Below are positions 27,281 through 39,300 of a stretch of DNA of 64,000 nucleotides, piece by piece; position 1 is the stretch's first letter; every line of letters begins with the position of its first letter. The DNA lies in the NCBI GenBank assembly GCA_051362555.1, contig CM120648.1, forward strand, positions 15,558,587 through 15,622,586. Direction: 5' to 3'. A program made the translations under genes and the position numbers. Source of the stretch: Lingula anatina. Its lineage: Eukaryota > Animalia > Brachiopoda. A model generated the notes under the pieces. That model saw nothing but the letters and a program-made list of their open reading frames with translations. It was not told where the DNA came from and made no database searches.

Positions 27281-28391
27281 AAACCTACCCCCAAGAAATG
27301 CCTTGCCGCTTGAGAGCGCTGGCAACAGCCACGAAGAGGCCAGGCGTAACATCGAGCATTACTGTGACTAGCAACTGACATGAGGGTCTTTTGTGGAGCG
27401 TATTACCCTTTTACAGACGATAATTTGGAAAATATGGAGATCCAAAATATCTCTTTCAATGGGAGTCGTATGACATAGAACAGGCAATGTGTTTTTGTTT
27501 GCTTCTCTGGCGAATTCCATTAATGAACTGATGTCACAATGACATCAAAGAGATAATTTAAAGTTATTAAAACACGATATTAATCCTTATTTTCATTTAT
27601 CAGTCAGCAAAATAAGAAAAAACTGATAAAAAATTATTTCGAAAAAAATATTCCATATTAAATGTCAAGTCTGTAGTTTGAAATGACAGAAAAAGTGTCT
27701 TTTGCATTCATTTCTAACAAAATCATCTAGCATTAGCTAATTATTTTTTCATAGATGCAATATTCCCTATGCATATCAAAGCCGTCGAATAAATGCACCT
27801 GCTACCAGCTGTCAGTGTTTTAGAGAAGGTGATCATGTACTGTAACTATCGCTTACGTAATTTATAAAGGAAAATAACTGCTACTTTTGAAATATACTCT
27901 TTTCTATTTATTTACTTAACTTATTTGATTTATTGGTTATACTGCATTTTATACTTTTTTGGTACTGCGTCTATGCCATCCCTAATAGTAAATAATTATA
28001 ATTTTCAATAATTTCAGTCGCTGCAATGTCTTCAAGTTGGAACAATAGCAGCTGTGGATTGACTGGTTCAACAGTACCACTTAGCATGATTGAACTAGAA
28101 TATTTGACAGCTCTTAGTAGGTTTTGTAAAAATAAAGATAAAAAACGGGTATATCAATTGTTGCCTTAAAAAATTATGAAAATAAACAAAAAAAAATCAA
28201 TTCTATATTGAAAATGTAATTTGCTGTTTCTAAGATAGTTGTAACGGTAAAATTCATAATACAAAATTATTCAATAAATTAAAAAAAATCATTCGGAGGT
28301 GGTGCTGCTGATGAAAATGATATATCAAGTGACAGCCCAGCAGCAAAACAGCAACAACATCACCACCAACAACAACAACAGCTAGTACCAG

Positions 28392-29078
28392 GGGCCGGTT
28401 TCACAAAGCAGTAGTTAGTTAGCGATCGTTAGTTAGCCTCTCGCTAGTTATATTGCCGTTTCACGAAGCAGTCGCTAGTTCTCTCGCTCGTTATTGTCTC
28501 GTTGTTGCCTTGGATATTTAACAACTGGTCAGACCAGTCGCTAGCTCTAGAGTTTCATCGTACGCATGCGTAATGAGTGAAATAAAAAGGTTGCTTAGTT
28601 ACCGTTGTCTGTTGTTTGTCTTTGTAAACAATATGGTGGCTACTTTTCTTGCTGTCCGTACCGCCAAACGGCAACGTAGACTACGACGTTTTCATGAAAG
28701 GCAGCATCTATTAGAATATACACACGATGATGCAATTTACGAGAGGTTGCGCCTAGCTGTGACAAAAAGAGCGGCAAAAAGGTGGTGGAGATCCTTTACG
28801 ACGACCTCAAAGCAGACGTACTTATGCATTTTCAGCCACCAAAAATTGGAGAGTTGGTGCTTTCGTAACACTTTTACGCAAGAGTTCCACTTGCGGCAGA
28901 CGGTTTCGACACTACGGTGAGTAACGAGAGAACTAACGACCGAACTTTACGACTGAACGTAGCGATGAGTTAACGACTGCTTCGTGAAACACCCCTCGAA
29001 AATCGCTAAGTTTGCTCGTTAGCGAGGTAGTTCAGTAGTTAGTTGTTCTAACTAACTACTGCTTTGTGAAACCGGCCC
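28392..29078 (+). mobile_element. PIF/Harbinger internal-deletion derivative
   Basis: Long TIRs GGGCCGGTTTCACAAAGCAGTAGTTAGTTAG / CTAACTAACTACTGCTTTGTGAAACCGGCCC; 3-bp CAG TSD (CWG type); inner second inverted repeat GTTTCACGAAGCAGTCG; retains a transposase-like N-terminus MVATFL..RRFHERQHLLEYTHDDAIYERLRL from 28632. Confidence 0.85.
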
Positions 29079-31442
29079 CAGGACTGCTGTTACAAAGCCA
29101 TCCACAACAACATCATGCACAGTAGTAGCAGAGGCAGTATAAAAAGTACGTGTGCGGAATAAAAACTGAACATTAACATATTAATAGAAAATATCACAGT
29201 TTAGCAAATATTGCAAAATTAAATTTGTTTGAAAGGCATATTTTTTCATTCTCATTGTAAATATTTATTCACAAAAAAAAAAAAAAAAAACAACAAAAAA
29301 AAAAAAAAAAAAAAACAAAACAAAACAAAAAAAAAACAAAACATTTTCATGAAGCATGCGCAATATGTTCTATTATATATGCAGTGTAGGAAGTAGAAAG
29401 AGGACTATGCATAGCAAGTTATTGCATTTCATTATAATTTTTAAGAGCTTTTGGGTATTTTAAGTTATGCATTTATGTTTTCAACATTTGCATTATCGGT
29501 AAAGTCACTTTATCATTTTCTTTAGGCATTTTTATATGTGATATTATTTGCTACTATGGAGAAATGAATAACCTTAAGTTTTCTTTCACAGAGTAAAATT
29601 TGCGCTCTCTAGACCAGTCCTGTGATTGCGTAACAGAATATTTTAACAAATGTACGTTAACAATAATTTCAGTTTTTGAACATGTTGAAACTTTTATTAA
29701 CAATAAAAACAAATAATGCCAATCCTTGTCGGAACGCTCAACAACCCAGAAAGATAAATATGCAATGATTGAGGTAAACACAACATCACTTAAAAGGACA
29801 CAAAAGAGGATTTTCGCGCCAAAATTGATTTATCCTGATTTATCCCGAGGTTAACACTACTTTTCCGCGATTTACCAACCTTTAATCTATCATTCCCGGC
29901 ACTCGCCATCGCTCTGTAACATTTTTGGAAAATACAATAAAAAGAAAACCTCCGCTTAAGCGGAGGTTTACCAACAACCACCTCCATTTTCATCATTGAG
30001 CTCTCTAGACTTCCGGACATCGCGAGATTCTCGTATTGCGACCTAGTTAAAACTAGTTCAAGCTGCCGGGAAAGCACATGGAATGGCTGAATTAGTTGAG
30101 ACTCCATCGAAGAAGGGAAGAAAGATAACAAAAAGAAAAAGGAAACACCCTTTACAAAAGTCAACACCAGAAAAATAAAATGCGCCTAAAACAGTGTATC
30201 AGCAAATGTACGACAGGCAAACAATAAACACCGGCGAGGAAGAAGGCAGATGAAAACCTGCTTGCATGGATGGCCATGGATACGAAGGATCGTCTGGCCG
30301 CGAAGTATTTACTGGATTTGTGAGTACCATTTACAATTATGTTTGAGATAAGACACCAGTAAAAATATTTATTAAGCTCAGATATTAATGCTTATTTACG
30401 TGTGTTCGTTGTATTTCTTAACGATTGTCAGGCTCGTCTGTCAAAATATGCCATGAAATTGTAACTAATACTGGTATGAGTGGTATCGATGACAGAAATT
30501 GCAAGTGTGCTCATATGTCGACTCTGACAGGGTTTGGGTTAGTTTATAGAGCAAAGAAAGTTTAAATAAAAACTGACATGGTGGGAGATACTAGTCTCAT
30601 TACATGTACATTACAATGACCAGGGCGAATTTTTGACTTACCGAGGGCACATTTCTTGTGCCTCTAACATCTAGGCATACCACAGTAATTAAGACATATG
30701 ACCAAGATGCTATTTCTTTAGGCATCTAAATCCCAAAATGAATGTGCAGAAGCTGTTATTGTATCTAAGTTTAACTCATTGTTAAATGGCATGTCAACTA
30801 TAATTGAAAATATCTTTGAGTAGTATTTTGATTTTATATTTTAAAGACAATTTGTCTCCTTTTTACATTAAAAATAAATAAATCAGAAAGGGGATATTGC
30901 ATGTTTATGTTTGGTACATCTCTCTAATGTATTAAATAGTCCAGAGTAATAATTTAGATCATACAGTTTTAACTTTAGAGTCGAACCAGTATTTCGGAGA
31001 TTAAACCAATATGAAGTGATCAAAAAACTTCAAAATTAAGTTGTAGTTAATATAGTGCAGTTGAAGATGACAGTCTAGATAATTTAAGGTGATCATATTG
31101 AGAAAAATGGCATTTATACTTATTTCAGTTGAGTTTTATACTTATTTCAGTTATGTTTTTACATGAGTTTTCTCAAACTTGATTATCTTATTTTATGTAC
31201 TGTTGCTTTTTTTTGGTTGCAGTATCAAGGTAACTTTTTCCTATGGGATGCCTGACCTGGAAGAAGTGCAGATGGAAGAGGAGGAAGATGCTGAAGAAGA
31301 GGGAATTAAAGGATCCTGATGATCCAACATGGGACTAAAACATGTCTTTAGAGTAAGCAGAATTTTAATAAGCTGATATTCACTCCTCATATATTAGGCA
31401 TTATAGGTGCATGATTTCTCTTTTATCAATTTTTTTTCCAAA

Positions 31443-32045
31443 TTGGCGACACATAATGTAAACATAATGCAAGACTCTATTTCCTCCGTCAACTGAAACG
31501 AGCTAAGCTTTACCAAAGTATTGTGCACTCAATTCTAGAATATGCCTGCCCTGTGTGGCATCCAGGACTAACTATAGAGCAATGCAAACTCTAAGAGACT
31601 GACCAAACTCGTGCTTTGAAGATTATTTTCCCTGACCTACACTATGATGAAACCCTGAAACTGGCAAATATGTGTACTTTAGATAAACGAAGAGATCTGT
31701 GCAAAACTTTCTTTTACAAAAAAACTGAATCCTCTGACAAACTGAATCACATCTTTATTGATCAATCCAATCGTCTTTTAAGATCAAACAATAGTAACAA
31801 AGTGCCACAATTTAAGACCGACATATTCTGATGCTCTTTTATTTTGTATGCACTTTTAAATTTCCAATAGTATTATGTTGTCTTTTATCCTAAGTACAAT
31901 AATTTTAAAGTTCAATTAGCAGTCTTTTAACTCAGTTTTATTCAAGCAAATATTCACTTTATTTTCATTATAATTTTCTTAACACTATGTACAACTTCAA
32001 CCCACTGGGTTGCAATCTTAATAAATTATTATTATTATTATTATT
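31443..32045 (+). mobile_element. 3' fragment of a CR1-group (Zenon-like) LINE
   Basis: ARLYFLRQLKRA, SILEYACPVWHPGL, RALKIIFP..Y.E.L..ANMCTL.KRR; 3' CAACCC.CT.GGGTTG hairpin, AATAAA and (ATT)n tail. Confidence 0.8.
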
Positions 32046-33449
32046 TTGATTTGCTTTTTTAGACCTTAAGGTTATGAGCAACTGCCAGTATGATGTCCTG
32101 AAGAAGAGTTTTTTACATGGAAGAGGAACTCCATGGCTCTCCACCAAAATACGAGGAACTTTTCTTGAGGGTCCAAAGCGGGGATGAGTTGGATAGTGAG
32201 AGACTTTTCCTGACTTTCAAGTGCTGCTTACAGGATATATTAAGTGAACTCATCTTGCCACTGTGACAAAAGCATAATCTGTTGACTTCAAACCATCTAG
32301 CACTGGCATTTATGCTATAATGCAGACAGATTGGAAGTCAAGGTGGTCTTTCCTCCCAAACCTAAGTCATATGCCTGATATTGAGAAGAAACCATTTTGG
32401 TCCAGCATTTACTTCATAAATCTAAATGGCATCAAATGTATTATGGAATATGGTACTGGTGGCATATTGTGACTTCAACATGATTTTAAACCAGTGTGTG
32501 GTCAGATTTTGTAAGATCACCAGTTGCGGAGTTTTGAGACTTTGTTACAGCATAAAATTCTGTATTTGGCAAATGACTGTATGTCATTTCTTTTAAGACC
32601 TACAGAATGGATTGAGTGAACACTTGTGCCTGTATTCAATTCTCCACTCAGCCATCATTTAGAATTCATGCAGGGAAGCCATGCCTGTATTTTTAAAAGA
32701 AATATTTAAAGCTTTCTATTTATTCCCTGCACATCTTGGAAAAGTATGTGAATATCTTACCGATGAAACAATTTATGTTTGTGTAAGTCGGGTTAGTCCC
32801 TTGTTATGACACATCCCTTTGCATTGAGACTTTTGTGTCAGCTCACATGAGTCAACACACTGACAGAGAGGGGGATAATTTGTTGATCTACAATGCTCAT
32901 GGGTCTGCATGTACATCAGACTCTTAACATGATAGCCCGGCTGTTAATAAGTCTCTCTCTCAAAAATGTTACCATACTAAAATGTGTACTGCACAATGTG
33001 AAAGTTTGTGAATGCTTGAATGGAAGGCTTCTTTATAAAGAGAGCATTAATAAGTATGAAAATAATTATGCATTCTAGCTTCCAAAATCTGTATATGTCT
33101 TATTCATTACATGTGACAGGTAATAATAAAGATGATTTGGCCAAATTCCAAACTTATGTAGCAAACTTTGTTTATTCTTGTATTTTTTCCAAATATAAAT
33201 AAAAGATGTTTCAATATTTGAACTTTTATTTCATTCATAATCTCTACCCAGTTAATGCTACATTGTTACTGCAGCTTATGCTTTGTACATAACAATATGT
33301 TAATTAATAATAACAGTTGGATAATACATATTGTTAATTTACTAAAGGTCTAGTTCTTATAAAAACATGTTCGACATTAAATTATATTCTAAAAAAGTTT
33401 TCAAGAATTGCATTAGAATTGAATCTTTGGATGTATGTGGCAAAATTAT

Positions 33450-33715
33450 AAAACTATTGAAGAGTTGACAATGCCCAGAAAATAAAGTCCTTGAGGCTCT
33501 CGCTGATCTCAGTCTTGTCACTTTAAATACATGTACATGGGCATTATAATATAAAACCTTTCACTCGGTTTTGGTAAAAGGTGGTGGATCATGTGGTCAT
33601 CAATGCAAATTTTTTGTAGCAGTCTTTTACACAACTTGTCCCGCCGACATTGAAGTGATGCAGTATTGTAAGATTGGAGTGCTTCCTGGTATGAGTTTTC
33701 CAGATAAAACTTGAG
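33450..33715 (-). mobile_element. Older 3' fragment of a CR1-group LINE
   Basis: Hand translation YQEALQSYNTASLQCRRDKLCKRLLQKICIDDHMIHHLLPKP matches the same C-terminal motif as 31443-32045. Confidence 0.55.
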
Positions 33716-34049
33716 GCACTGTAATAGTAGAATTTCATAAAATGGTTATAAAGAAAAAATGTATTGATATTATCATAATAGCACTATTCTTTAACAAAAA
33801 TCAACAAATTAGAGGGCATGATCACTACATGATAATCAGCTTTAAATAAAGAAGCAAGTCTGATTATGGCAAAAAAAAAAAAATAATAATAATAATTTAA
33901 ATATCTGTAGCTGCATTAGATCATGAAGGCCACAAGAAGAAATAACATAATTACACATGGTTTCAAAGAACTGATGTAAAAAAAAATCACACTAATATTT
34001 CCAACTTGGGATAAGAATTTTGACTAGCTAATTTACTACAGTATAGTGC

Positions 34050-34203
34050 TAAACCATACCAAATGGCACTGTTAGCCCTCTAAAATACCAAAAATTTTAA
34101 GCGGGCCCAGAGCTCCGCGGCAACTAAAGGGGGGGGGGGGGGCGGCTTTGCATCCGCGAACCCCCCCCCCCCCCCCCTTCAAATAATCCTGGATCCGCCC
34201 CTG
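34050..34203 (+). mobile_element. Partial second copy of the hAT MITE at 13122
   Basis: Shares TACCAAATGGCAC, CCCTCTAAA, TTAAGCGGGCCC and the 3' end AATAATCCTGGATCCGCCCCTG; 5' TIR not found. Confidence 0.75.
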
Positions 34204-36293
34204 TTACCTGCTGTACTGCTAAAATTATTAACATACCTGATCTCTCCACTCGTGCTTGAAGGGGTGTATCACCCAATTCCTCCTCTGAAAGGCTAAAAAA
34301 TTCATTCCTTATAATCATATTCATTGACAATATTATTAAATTTACAAATAAGTTAACGTAGTTACGTGTCGTACAAAGAACACCCCCTAACCCCACTAGT
34401 ACTCGGGTTACATTGTATATCTCATGGGATTCCCCTGCGAGAATATGGTGTGAGGTTAGTCTGTAAGTACTGGTAGATGACCACGTTGAGCAGAAAAGGG
34501 TATTCCTCCTGCTTTACAGAACTATACACCTCAGGGGTAAAGTGCACTATCTCGCTTCATATAACTAGTAGTACGTACCCAGTGCGAGTGATTTGGCTGC
34601 GAGTGCGTTACCCGAGGAAACGTTAATTATTAGCAGTTATCTACCGTACGCTTTTTAACTTCCTCTGTCAGATATTTTGATTTCCACTGCCATCTTCCCA
34701 TTTGAAAGTACTTTTGGTAAATATAACTCGCTTACCTGCAAAGATTCGGTGAGCAATTCCTCTTCTCCTTCACGTCCACGTTCACCTTCGAAACGACATG
34801 CTATCTGCATTGTTTACATCTCGTATTTGAGTCGAGAAGCCGCGTTATTTCAAACTGTGTCAAGATGGCTGACGCCCGGGGTTCGAAAGTGGACGGTGAA
34901 TATGATTCTTTTTTTCGATATTGATTAAGGCCATTTACCTGCCATTTTATGCTTTACCCATAGCAATTGTTCTCAGATAAGTTAAAAAAGAAGCAATCCA
35001 TGCACTAAAAAGGCGTTTTTAATCCTCTTTTTTGTCCCTTTAACACCAGACAAGATGGCGCTTACTGCATGTAAAAACTAAAATTCCTAAGTACAATGAC
35101 TTGAAAGTGTTTTCCTTGGTGTGACACCAGCCACTTGGTTAGGAAATAATATAAACACGAATAAATATTCATTTAACACTATATAACGTAAATGACTTAG
35201 TTCTTTATAGAGATCATAAATCGTACGTAATTTTGATTAAATTATGTTTGTCATAGCATATTTGGCTAAAGCCCTCTATTTTCCACTTTGTGAAGTCTAT
35301 GCTTATGAATAATGACTATAAATATTAAGTCGTACTTTACGCAGGAGGAAACAGACTAGTGCATAATTGATATCTATATCTTAGTCATGTATACAATACT
35401 TTTACTATCATACTAGCGCACGATCAGTGCTGTGAGCAGTTGACTCGGTAAAAAGATTGTCATTTTTTACTGATTATGAAATTCTGGATATGTATGTGTC
35501 ATGATGGTGCATATCTGTATATGTGGTTTTATTGCTATTATTATTTTTTATTGCTATTTTTGTTTCTTTTAGTATTATAATATTTTACTATTTATTTGTT
35601 TTATAGGGGCAAATGCAGTCTGCAAAATGCTAATTTCCACATACTGGTAAGCTAGTGCACAATATCAGTAAAAAGGTCATACTTATCCTTTTGAATGGCG
35701 CAATAATAAATAATTCTAAAACAGAAGTAATGTGTCTTGTATTCTCGCAGCTAACAGCAGAAATAAAAAAAAATAAGTAATAAAAAAACGGTATTATTTT
35801 ATCAGGCCCTATAGTAAACAATGGCTTTGTACCCCATATGTAAAGGAACTGAAGGAACAGTATAACACTGCATTTGACACTCGTAATGCAACCCAGAAAA
35901 TGTATCGGAGATGTATTAACAAATACTCAAGTAATTATGTACTTCATGTAATAATTGTGATGTATGTTCCGCAAGTATTATGGCTATTATTTACATTACA
36001 CTATTTTACATATATCATATTTACCCAATAATATAGGTATAACGGAAGATAAAATATTTAAATCTTTAGAAATCTAGTTTAAATATATGCACCATTTGTT
36101 ATACATTTGTGTGGTTTGTAACCTGACATGCCTAAAATATATTGCTTATACTGTTGTTAAACACTGGTGTGGGCATAATATCTGGTTGAAATGATGGTAC
36201 TTGGAACATCAGATGTCTCTAAATCACAATTATGGATAGTAGCACATAGTCTCTGAAGTGTGACGCCATGTCTTCGATTATATCTAGTTCAAG

Positions 36294-36361
36294 TTAACAC
36301 CACATGCTTTCTTTGGGTGTATCTGGTCCCTCACCCGACACTTCCTCCGAGTATTTCTGGT
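36294..36361 (-). CDS. Terminal coding exon of the micro-exon gene
   Basis: Acceptor TTTTTTATTTTACAG, phase-1 reading DQKYSEEVSGEGPDTPKESMWC then TAA; AATAAA candidates downstream on the minus strand around 35530-35595. Confidence 0.65.
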
Positions 36362-39300
36362 CTGTAAAATAAAAAACTCAAAGGCGTTTTAACATATTAC
36401 AATTTAAGCTTACCCCATAAATATGTGAAAAAATATATGGTTAAATTATCATGTTTATATGTGGAGTTGTCACTTGTCTTGAGATGTAGACAACAATATT
36501 CTGAAACAAATTCTAGAAGGTTTTATATTATTCTTCTTAACGCATGACCGTAAAAATAAAATATTGATAATCTGAAAACAAAATTTGACAGCGTAGCGTG
36601 GGTATGTATCATAAATGCTTTAAATTTTACGTAATACTTTTTAATACTTAAGATAAAGGACATGTATTGCAGTAGTACTAGCAGTAATGGTTGTTGTAGT
36701 GAAAGTTGCGCGCGTTGAAAGGATTATGCGAGCGATAACAGATAATTGCACTACGGATATTTTAGGTTGCTACTCGTTTGAAACATGGTTGCCAAATACA
36801 AGACCACTATTGAGGACGCTAGGGGTGTTTGGTGATTTATTTTTTATATTCGTGTCGCCTACTTTAATCAACGATGAATTTACTAACCTTCAGGTGGCTC
36901 TTTACTGTTAGAGCTATCCCCTTAAAGAAACGAAATCTAAGTGCATGTATGATAACCCTTCCAAATAAAATGGTTCCAGAATTTGAATTATCTACTAAAG
37001 ATAATGTCGTGTTTCAAAAAGATAATTGCGCCAGAAATAGTTTGATGAAAAACATTATTTTAATACATCATCCTTTATCTCATATGTTAAATATAACTGG
37101 AGAAGAGACATTGTGAACGTAGACATCCATTACATGTCGTGTACAAAACACACACACACTACGCTCTAAACAAATGTCTATTTAATCACAAATATTAAAA
37201 TGGCCTCCAACTTTTTTCTACATGTCTTTTAAAACAAGGTGAATAATTACCTTTAGCATTTGCAGTCGAAGTGACCCCTTAAAGAAATAAAATAAAGTGC
37301 ATTGATGATATGTCCATTGATATGTATAGATAAGTATAGTATTTTGGTTCCATAAAGTTAAGTTTGATAAACTCGCCTAGTTTCATATTTCCAAACACCT
37401 TACGTTATATTACATACTAACATGCCAACAAGTGGTTCAGAGCTCAAATTGAAATTCAAGCCACACACATTTTTTAAATTATAAAGTCATGTACCCCCCC
37501 CCCCCACAAGACCACTGACGATATACAACATAACGCATGCCGTTTATTTTTCTACACACATCTCTTTAACGTTTTTCATTGAACAAAGGGGAGTACGTAC
37601 CTCGGTCTGGATCATACATATCACCACCTTTAAGAAATAAAAATGTGCTGATATTCAAGTTACGATGATGATATACATATAAAATTGCAATTGATTACAA
37701 TGTACTGATAAACAGCATTTAAAATTATATATTGCAAAGGCTACACTGCAAGGACCAGTTGTCACAGTTGTAGTCTTAGCACTGAAAGTTCCACGCGCAT
37801 TGTATCTATATTTCAAATTGTAAACGGTTGTTACGGATGATTTGAATATTTGGTGGGTCTGTTTTTATAATCGTTACCGCCTCGTAAACAAACGCTGGGA
37901 CTACTCACCTTTAGATGGCTCTCCCCTGGTCGAGTTACCCCCTTAAAGAAAAGAAAAATAAAGTGCATTAATTAAAACCCCATCAAAAAAATCTTTCCAC
38001 AGTGAGTAAAGTAAAGTTTTTAAACTCTACTAAAGTCCTTTCATATATCCAAATGCCTTAAACTTTCAAAGATTTTTGTTTTTGTGTTATGTTGATTCGT
38101 TATGCCGTTCTTGAGAACCATTGAAGTATCAACCGGATCTTTGTCTCACAAAAATCTATTTATCTTAATAATATTTCAGTAAACCTCGGGAAAATTTCAC
38201 CTTTTGATAACTTTCCATTGGTCCTTTTTCTCTAAATGAAGCGCAAACATCCAAATTAGGATTTTTCTAAATCAATCTACAAACCTTTTCTTTAAACATT
38301 AAACATATTTTACAAATCACAGGTAATCAAATACAACTGTATCTCATTTGCCACACCTGTGAGTGTCATAATATACAAATATACAAACATACATGCCATA
38401 CAAACAAAAATATGATTTTGGTTCCTGGCGATGTGTTAAGTTTATTGTATATTGCAGGTTTAACACTGCCTGTCCAAGATTTGCCACTTAAAGGGGTAGT
38501 ATGTACTACTGAATTGGCTTTATCAGAAGTGAATTAAATTATTCATAATATAGTATTGCTAGTGCTAGTGATTCCAAACCCTTTTCATTAATCAAAGAGG
38601 GATACTTACCTTTGGGTGAAGGAGCACCGTTCGCATTAGCACCTTTAACAAGAGAAAAGTGTTCATATTCATATTAAGATAATGATATAATATAAACTTG
38701 TAATTGTTTACAACACTGTAATAGTGAAACAAAGTAAAATCAAGGGCAATAATGATGAACACAAACCATGCTATATGGTTAACATGACGTTGCCACAAAT
38801 ATTAGTCATTGACGGTGCAATTATATGCTACAATTCATTCATGGTTTCACTGTTGACAGAAAAAACCCGAATCATTATAAAAATAATCATATATAAAAGA
38901 CTCACCACACCTACAACGCCATAAAACATTATTTTTTTAAAACAGGCAAAACATTTTCCCTCAAACAGAGAGGATACCTCAGGTTTCAGTTGTTACTTAT
39001 CCAAAAAAGAGGATAATATCCATACCGCATGATATTAATTGAGGCAAATTATCCGGCTAGTCCAAAATTGTCTGAGGTTGAGATTAAGACGTTTTGCTTT
39101 ACCACGTCATTTTAAGAAATAATTGATTCATACTCATGGTTGTTGTTCTTCTTGATAATTAAAACAGTCACTCAAACATATTCTATAATAAAAAATATAC
39201 TGGTTCCTTAAATGACAGTTTAGCAAGCTGGCCATACTTCATATGTTCAAAATATTATACTGCATGAAAAAAGGGATTGCACTAACCTTTCTTTCTTTCT

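Larger units (their letters stand above)
29794..35039. mobile_element. Kolobok-like DNA transposon, decayed, with nested insertions
   Basis: TTAA on both sides (29790-29793, 35040-35043); TIR AAGGACACAAAAGAGGATT vs AGGGACAAAAAAGAGGATT (17/19) with purine-purine termini; spliced remnants run inward from both ends. Transposase motifs not recognised. Confidence 0.7.

Noticed and set aside
38185-38231. Additional micro-exon candidate
   Set aside because: The best donor gives 29 or 31 nt (frame-breaking); the 45-nt version needs a weak donor and a weak acceptor.
38975-39012. Micro-exon-like segment with GTATCC donor
   Set aside because: The pyrimidine tract is followed by GG, not AG; at most a dead exon.
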